A stretch of DNA of 60,859 nucleotides from an uncultured Calditrichaceae bacterium (GTDB taxonomy: Bacteria; Calditrichota; Calditrichia; RBG-13-44-9; J075). Where the stretch lies: assembly GCA_964471235.1 (NCBI GenBank), contig CAYYGL010000003.1:1-60859 (forward strand), written 5' to 3'. Both the position numbers and the translations under genes were made by a program. Numbering within the stretch: position 1 is the first letter of the stretch; every line of letters starts with the position of its first letter. Positions 56,434-60,859 of this stretch are shown piece by piece. The notes beneath the pieces are model-generated. The model did not search any database. It worked only from the letters and a program-made list of their open reading frames with translations, and was not told the origin of the DNA.

Positions 56434-57237
56434 TTATTTTCTGCCTTCCACAATCACCACATACCCGCGGGTAAAAAAGAGCAGGTAGTCGAGACTGGAA
56501 ATGATTTTAAAAAAGGGATAGATGAGGGAATACATTTTGTAAGTCTTCTCGACCGATCGAAGTTGCTCTTCCGTTGCCGGGGCAATGGTGCCCTCTTCCA
56601 CCTCCACCTTACTTTTTTTAGCCAACACCATCACATACATAAAATTGATGCCCAGCTCCAGCATCTCGGTAAAAAAACGGGAGAAGGTTCTCTTACCGAC
56701 CGGCTTAAAATTCGCCTGTTCCATAAAAGAATTTAACTCCCTGGCGCTGTAGCCGTCCACCACATGCCCGTATTTCTCCTTGGTCATTCCCACCATGTTT
56801 TTGATGATGTTGGCGATTTTGGTCTTCTGCCCGCCCGGCACAGTGATAATAACCCTGCCATTGGGTTTGGTGATTCGCTGCAACTCTTTGGTAAAGACCA
56901 CCGGGTGCTCCATGTGCTCCAGGCAGTCAATGGAGATGACGATGTCGAAATAATCATCCGGATAGGGCAATTTGTCATAGGTCACGTGTTTCACCTCATC
57001 GCCCAGCAACTCCGACATCTCGGCAATGCTGGTATCTTCCAGGTCTGCCCAGGACCATTGCCCGCCCAGCGCCCGGAGATTGTAATTCATGGCGCCGTTG
57101 TTATCACCGGAGGTTACCAGCAAACATTTGTCCCCGGGCTTGATGGCGCCCAACATCTTTTTCAGGTTGTGCAATCTCAACTGCTTTTTCAGCGTTTTTC
57201 GAAACATTCTCAACTGCCAGGGAGTGTTATGACTCAT
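56434..57237 (-). CDS. Class I SAM-dependent methyltransferase.
   Basis: 267 aa. KCLLVTSGDNNG (motif I-like), FDIVISIDCLEHMEHP and NGRVIITVP. The C-terminal tail is hydrophobic. Confidence 0.65.
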   Translation of the reverse strand: MSHNTPWQLRMFRKTLKKQLRLHNLKKMLGAIKPGDKCLLVTSGDNNGAMNYNLRALGGQWSWADLEDTSIAEMSELLGDEVKHVTYDKLPYPDDYFDIVISIDCLEHMEHPVVFTKELQRITKPNGRVIITVPGGQKTKIANIIKNMVGMTKEKYGHVVDGYSARELNSFMEQANFKPVGKRTFSRFFTEMLELGINFMYVMVLAKKSKVEVEEGTIAPATEEQLRSVEKTYKMYSLIYPFFKIISSLDYLLFFTRGYVVIVEGRK

Positions 57238-57445
57238 ATATCCAACCTCTGTTTGGTGTTACTTTAAGAGTTTGAAGAAATTTCGCAGATTCCGGTATTT
57301 TGAGTTCGGCAAAAAACCGCTACGAAGTAGCTCCTGCGGAGGAATGACAACTAATTGAGACTTACTCAGGGTTACGGATAAAATAACTTCCCAGCCTGCC
57401 CCGATGGGGAATTGGGAGATTTGACATTCAGCTTGTTGTGGCTAA

Positions 57446-57537
57446 CGGAACTCATCCCCAGCCCCTCTTCTGGAAAGAGAGGGGAGTTTCTCCCCCTTCT
57501 CTTTTGCAAAAGAAGGGGGTTGGGGGGATGAGTTCCG
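57446..57537. repeat. Nested palindromic element: a 14-bp outer stem enclosing two GC-rich hairpins (Y-shaped).
   Basis: Outer arms CGGAACTCATCCCC (57446-57459) and GGGGATGAGTTCCG (57524-57537). Inner hairpin 1: CCCCTCT (57462-68) / AGAGGGG (57478-84). Inner hairpin 2: CCCCCTTCT (57492-57500) / AGAAGGGGG (57511-19). Confidence 0.6.
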
Positions 57538-57594
57538 AAAAAAGCAGACAAAATGCCAAAAAATGAAATCCGGAAATAATTAAATCAGCAGGCT

Positions 57595-59106
57595 TTAACA
57601 ATTTATTTTTTCACCGTTTATTGGTGTAGTTTCCTGGTAAAATTTTTCCACTCGTTCAATTTCTTGTTGGCAGCGCTGCTCATCCCAGTCGAACAAGCGA
57701 GCAACTTGAGGCGCTAAGGTAACCGCCAACCGGGGCAAATTCCCCAGGTTGGTGCGCCGGACGATCAAGTCATCCAGATGAACCACTGCCTCTTCCCGGA
57801 TAATCCGCTGCAATTCCTCAATCCATTCCCGGGGTAACTCCTGCATTTGGGAATTCAGGTTAAAGAGACCGCGAATCGGCTGCCGGGGCCGATGCTCCCG
57901 GTTTTTCTTTGCTGCCCCGGGATTGATTGTGGTAACCACCTTTTCGGCAACCAGCCGCGCCGTGGTAAATTTCACCCCGGAGACACTGTATAGCCCTTTG
58001 GGACCGCCGCTTTTCCCATGGTCCAGAATCACCTCTCTCACTGCCAATTGATTGGTGCCTTCGGTGCGGGCGGGCAGCAGCCCGGAGAAAATGTGCAAAA
58101 TATCTTCCCGGCGTAAATTCAACCCGGGAACGGTATCATTAATATCCCGGATAAAATTCTCAATGGAGGCTTCCGAGGGCAGGGGCTGTTTTTCCACCCC
58201 GTTCCAGGGCTGATGGATGGTTCCGGCAAGCAGATAGCCATTCCAGGAGCGCAGGAAATAGACCTGGGCATCCGGTTTTTTGGGGGCTAATGCCAGGGCA
58301 TAGTCGGAAAGCGGGGGATGGTCGAATAAGAGATTCCAGGCGATGGAACTGTGAAACAGTTTGGGGTAATCCTGGTGAAAGCGGGTGGCTAATTGCCGGC
58401 ACCAGGGTCCGGCAGTATTCACCACCACCGGGGCGTGAAACTGATACTCACCACCGCCGGCGTGATCCATCGCGGCGACTCCTGATACCGCTGAACCGGC
58501 AGTAAGCAATTCGGTAACTTCCATGTAATTCACAGCCGTTGCGCCCAGGGAGACTGCCCAGCGCAGCATTTCCATTAGCAGCCGCTGGGAGTCGGGCATG
58601 GAAGCATCATACCAGATGGCACCGCCTTTCAACCCCCGCCCATCCACCATGGGGAAAAATTCCTTCACCCGCGCAGGTGGAATGACGTTCCCGCCCGGTA
58701 AGTTGTTTTCCCGGGGAACCGAACGATTTCGATGAAGCGAGAGAATGTCATTTATCATTAACGCAGTGCGAAGAATGGAAGGACGGAACAGCCCATTGCC
58801 ATAGAGGGGCATCAGGCAGGGCAGGGGCTTTACCAATTCCGGAAAATGCTGTAGCAGCCAGCGCCGTTCGCCCACGGATTCAAAAAAGCGGTGCAAATCC
58901 ATTTTTTGCAAATAGCGGAACCCGCCATGCACGATGCGCAGGCTGTTATAGCTGGTAGCGCCGCCGAAATCATCCCGTTCCAAAAGCAATGGACGGAGAC
59001 CCCGTGCCGCTGCTTCCCTTGCCAGGGCAACGCCGTAAATGCCGCCGCCAACGATGATCACATCATAGGTTTTCTCGGCTGCTTCTGCCGGATCTCGCTT
59101 TATCAT
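57595..59106 (-). CDS. FAD-dependent oxidoreductase of the glycerol-3-phosphate dehydrogenase/oxidase (GlpD) type.
   Basis: 503 aa. YDVIIVGGGIYGVALAREAAARG (dinucleotide fold) and SYNSLRIVHGGFRYLQ (GlpD-like motif). Confidence 0.8.
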   Translation of the reverse strand: MIKRDPAEAAEKTYDVIIVGGGIYGVALAREAAARGLRPLLLERDDFGGATSYNSLRIVHGGFRYLQKMDLHRFFESVGERRWLLQHFPELVKPLPCLMPLYGNGLFRPSILRTALMINDILSLHRNRSVPRENNLPGGNVIPPARVKEFFPMVDGRGLKGGAIWYDASMPDSQRLLMEMLRWAVSLGATAVNYMEVTELLTAGSAVSGVAAMDHAGGGEYQFHAPVVVNTAGPWCRQLATRFHQDYPKLFHSSIAWNLLFDHPPLSDYALALAPKKPDAQVYFLRSWNGYLLAGTIHQPWNGVEKQPLPSEASIENFIRDINDTVPGLNLRREDILHIFSGLLPARTEGTNQLAVREVILDHGKSGGPKGLYSVSGVKFTTARLVAEKVVTTINPGAAKKNREHRPRQPIRGLFNLNSQMQELPREWIEELQRIIREEAVVHLDDLIVRRTNLGNLPRLAVTLAPQVARLFDWDEQRCQQEIERVEKFYQETTPINGEKINC

Positions 59107-59121
59107 GACACCTCGATTCCG

Positions 59122-60859
59122 TTAACGGGGATCCAATACACTGTTCCGGGGCTGGGAAATCGGTGCTTCCAGCCATAATTTCTGCCAGGCATGAAAGACA
59201 ATCAATGCCCATAGAATGTGGCTATGATTGGCAATCCCTTTCCGATGCTCCGCTTTCAATCGCTCGATCGTTTCAACCCGGAAGATTCCGTCAGCAGAAA
59301 TTTTTTGCGGGGAGAGCAATTCATCCACCAGGGAGCGGAATTCATTGTTCAGCCAATGCTTGATGGGGATGCTGAAGCCTTCCTTGGGACGGTAAACACA
59401 CTCCCGCGGTACATGGCGGGCAGCAACTTTTTTTAAAATTACTTTGGTCTCGTTGGAAGTCACTTTCAATGCTTCCGGCACCTGAAATGCCAATTCCACC
59501 ACATCGGGTGCCAGGTAGGGTACCCGGGCTTCCAACGAGACGGCCATGGACATCCGGTCAACTTTGGTGAGGATGTTATCCACTAAGTAGCTCTTCACAT
59601 CCACGTATAGACTGCGGTTGAGATGTCCGCGGTCACCGGCTTGTTGAAACAATTGGCTAATGTGTGCCGATGCCGGAACGGTCATTTCCGATAGAGCGGT
59701 TTCGGTAAACAATTGCCGGCGGGCAGCCTCCCCGAGGAACATCCGCCAGCGGGCATGGGATAATTCCGCAGGATGCTCTAACCCTTCCAGAAAGCGCTTG
59801 GCTTTGTTGATCAATCCCTTCTTCTTGGCAGTGGGGCGTAGGGAGTTGATGACCGGCTCAATCAGCAGGTGACGAAGGAAAGAAGGGATACGCCCATATT
59901 GCAGTGCCTTGTTCTCCGCCAGGTAGGTCTCGTACCCGCCGAACAACTCATCCCCGCCGTCACCGCTCAGCACCACCGTCACATACTGCCGCGCCAGTCG
60001 TGATACCAGGAAGGTGGGAAAAATGGAAAAATCGCCGATGGGATCATCCAGAAAATACATCAACTGCTCGTAAAGCTCCAGCACATCCGGTTTAATGATC
60101 TCATCTTTATGATCCACTTTTAGATGGTCGGCAACCTTGCGCGCCCATTGCAATTCGTTGTAGGTGGGATCATCAAACCCGATGCTGAAGGTCTGCGCTT
60201 CCCCCATGGAGGCAACAATTAACGAGGAATCCACCCCACCGGACAAAAAAGCGCCTAACGGCACATCGCTGATCAACTGCATTCGGGTGGAGGTGCGCAC
60301 CTTCTCCTCCACCAGACTCTCCCATTCCGCGGGGGAACGGGGTGCCGTGGCATCGTCAGGCAATGGGATATCCCAATAACTCTGCGGTTGACAACCCGGC
60401 GATTGCAAATCAATGACCAGCATGGAAGCCGGTTCTAATTTGCGCACCGCTTTTAACAGGGTCGCCTGACCGGGCACGTATTCCCAGGTTAAAAACTCTC
60501 CCAGGGCATTCAGGTCCAGAGTGCGCTCCACCATCTCGCTTGCCAGGAGCGCTTTAATCTCCGAACCGAACACGATGTAATCATCCGTATAGGCATAATA
60601 AAAGGGTTTGATGCCGATATGATCCCGCACCAACAGCAGCCGCTGCTGCTGCCGGTCGTGCAGGGCAATGGCAAACATGCCGTTTAAATAGCCGGGGAAT
60701 TGATCGCCGTATTCTTCGTAGGCGTGAACAATCACCTCGGTGTCGGTATTGGTTTTAAACTCATGCCCCCGGGCAGCGAGTTGTTTTCGTAATTCCGGGA
60801 AGTTATAAATCTCCCCGTTAAAGACTGTCCAGACCGATTGATCCTCGTTGTAAATCGGT
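59122..60859 (-). CDS. asnB: Second asparagine synthase-type amidotransferase, 5'-partial (N-terminus lies beyond the right window edge).
   Basis: The track ORF begins at an internal GTG (60735). My translation of 60736-60859 continues in frame as PIYNEDQSVWTVFNGEIYNFPELRKQLAARGHEFKTNTDTEVIVHAYEEYG, which is typical of the AsnB glutaminase domain. SGGVDSS is the PP-loop. Confidence 0.9.
   Translation of the reverse strand, partial: PIYNEDQSVWTVFNGEIYNFPELRKQLAARGHEFKTNTDTEVIVHAYEEYGDQFPGYLNGMFAIALHDRQQQRLLLVRDHIGIKPFYYAYTDDYIVFGSEIKALLASEMVERTLDLNALGEFLTWEYVPGQATLLKAVRKLEPASMLVIDLQSPGCQPQSYWDIPLPDDATAPRSPAEWESLVEEKVRTSTRMQLISDVPLGAFLSGGVDSSLIVASMGEAQTFSIGFDDPTYNELQWARKVADHLKVDHKDEIIKPDVLELYEQLMYFLDDPIGDFSIFPTFLVSRLARQYVTVVLSGDGGDELFGGYETYLAENKALQYGRIPSFLRHLLIEPVINSLRPTAKKKGLINKAKRFLEGLEHPAELSHARWRMFLGEAARRQLFTETALSEMTVPASAHISQLFQQAGDRGHLNRSLYVDVKSYLVDNILTKVDRMSMAVSLEARVPYLAPDVVELAFQVPEALKVTSNETKVILKKVAARHVPRECVYRPKEGFSIPIKHWLNNEFRSLVDELLSPQKISADGIFRVETIERLKAEHRKGIANHSHILWALIVFHAWQKLWLEAPISQPRNSVLDPR

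Noticed and set aside
1-60859. Mobile elements, a prophage, a defence system, a CRISPR array, or tRNA/rRNA genes.
   Set aside because: I saw no transposase, integrase or recombinase-like ORF, no direct-repeat array, no long terminal inverted repeats, and no tRNA-like or rRNA-like segments in the intergenic gaps. The only repeat-like element is the single palindrome at 57446..57537.

Overview
This 60.9 kb window is an almost gap-free gene cluster for building and modifying a cell-envelope glycan. Every credible gene lies on the minus strand. I found no rRNA, tRNA, CRISPR array, transposase or integrase.

Contents by my reading of the translations:
- Seven GT2 domains, four of them of the polyprenyl-phosphate-sugar synthase type (DPM1/GtrB/ArnC-like).
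- Four GT4 glycosyltransferases.
- Four large polytopic membrane proteins that look like GT-C (PMT/ArnT-like) transferases.
- Two UPF0104 flippase-like membrane proteins.
- One UbiA prenyltransferase next to a dikinase with rifampin-phosphotransferase-like architecture.
- wecB and two NAD-dependent epimerase/dehydratases.
- Two asparagine-synthase-type amidotransferases and two methyltransferases.
- One hexapeptide acyltransferase, one acyl carrier protein and one GlpD-like flavoenzyme.
- Two deacetylases (YdjC/HpnK-like and WalW/ArnD-like).
- A carbamoyltransferase, SxtJ-like and DUF5989-like trio, followed by carAB.
- A LarA (nickel-pincer racemase) homologue.
- Five enzymes that look glycan-degrading or glycan-remodelling. 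Four are secreted; two of those carry type IX secretion C-terminal domains, which suggests an FCB-group (Bacteroidota-related) organism.

Features not in the ORF track:
- A 52-aa DUF5989-like ORF at 22247..22405.
- A 3'-partial ORF filling 1..968.
- The 5'-partial extension of the second asnB to the right window edge.
- Two intrinsic terminators.
- A 92-nt nested palindromic element.

The track uses GTG and TTG as starts and takes the longest ORF, so several N-termini are probably over-extended. All family calls rest on motif recognition by eye and were not searched against any database.
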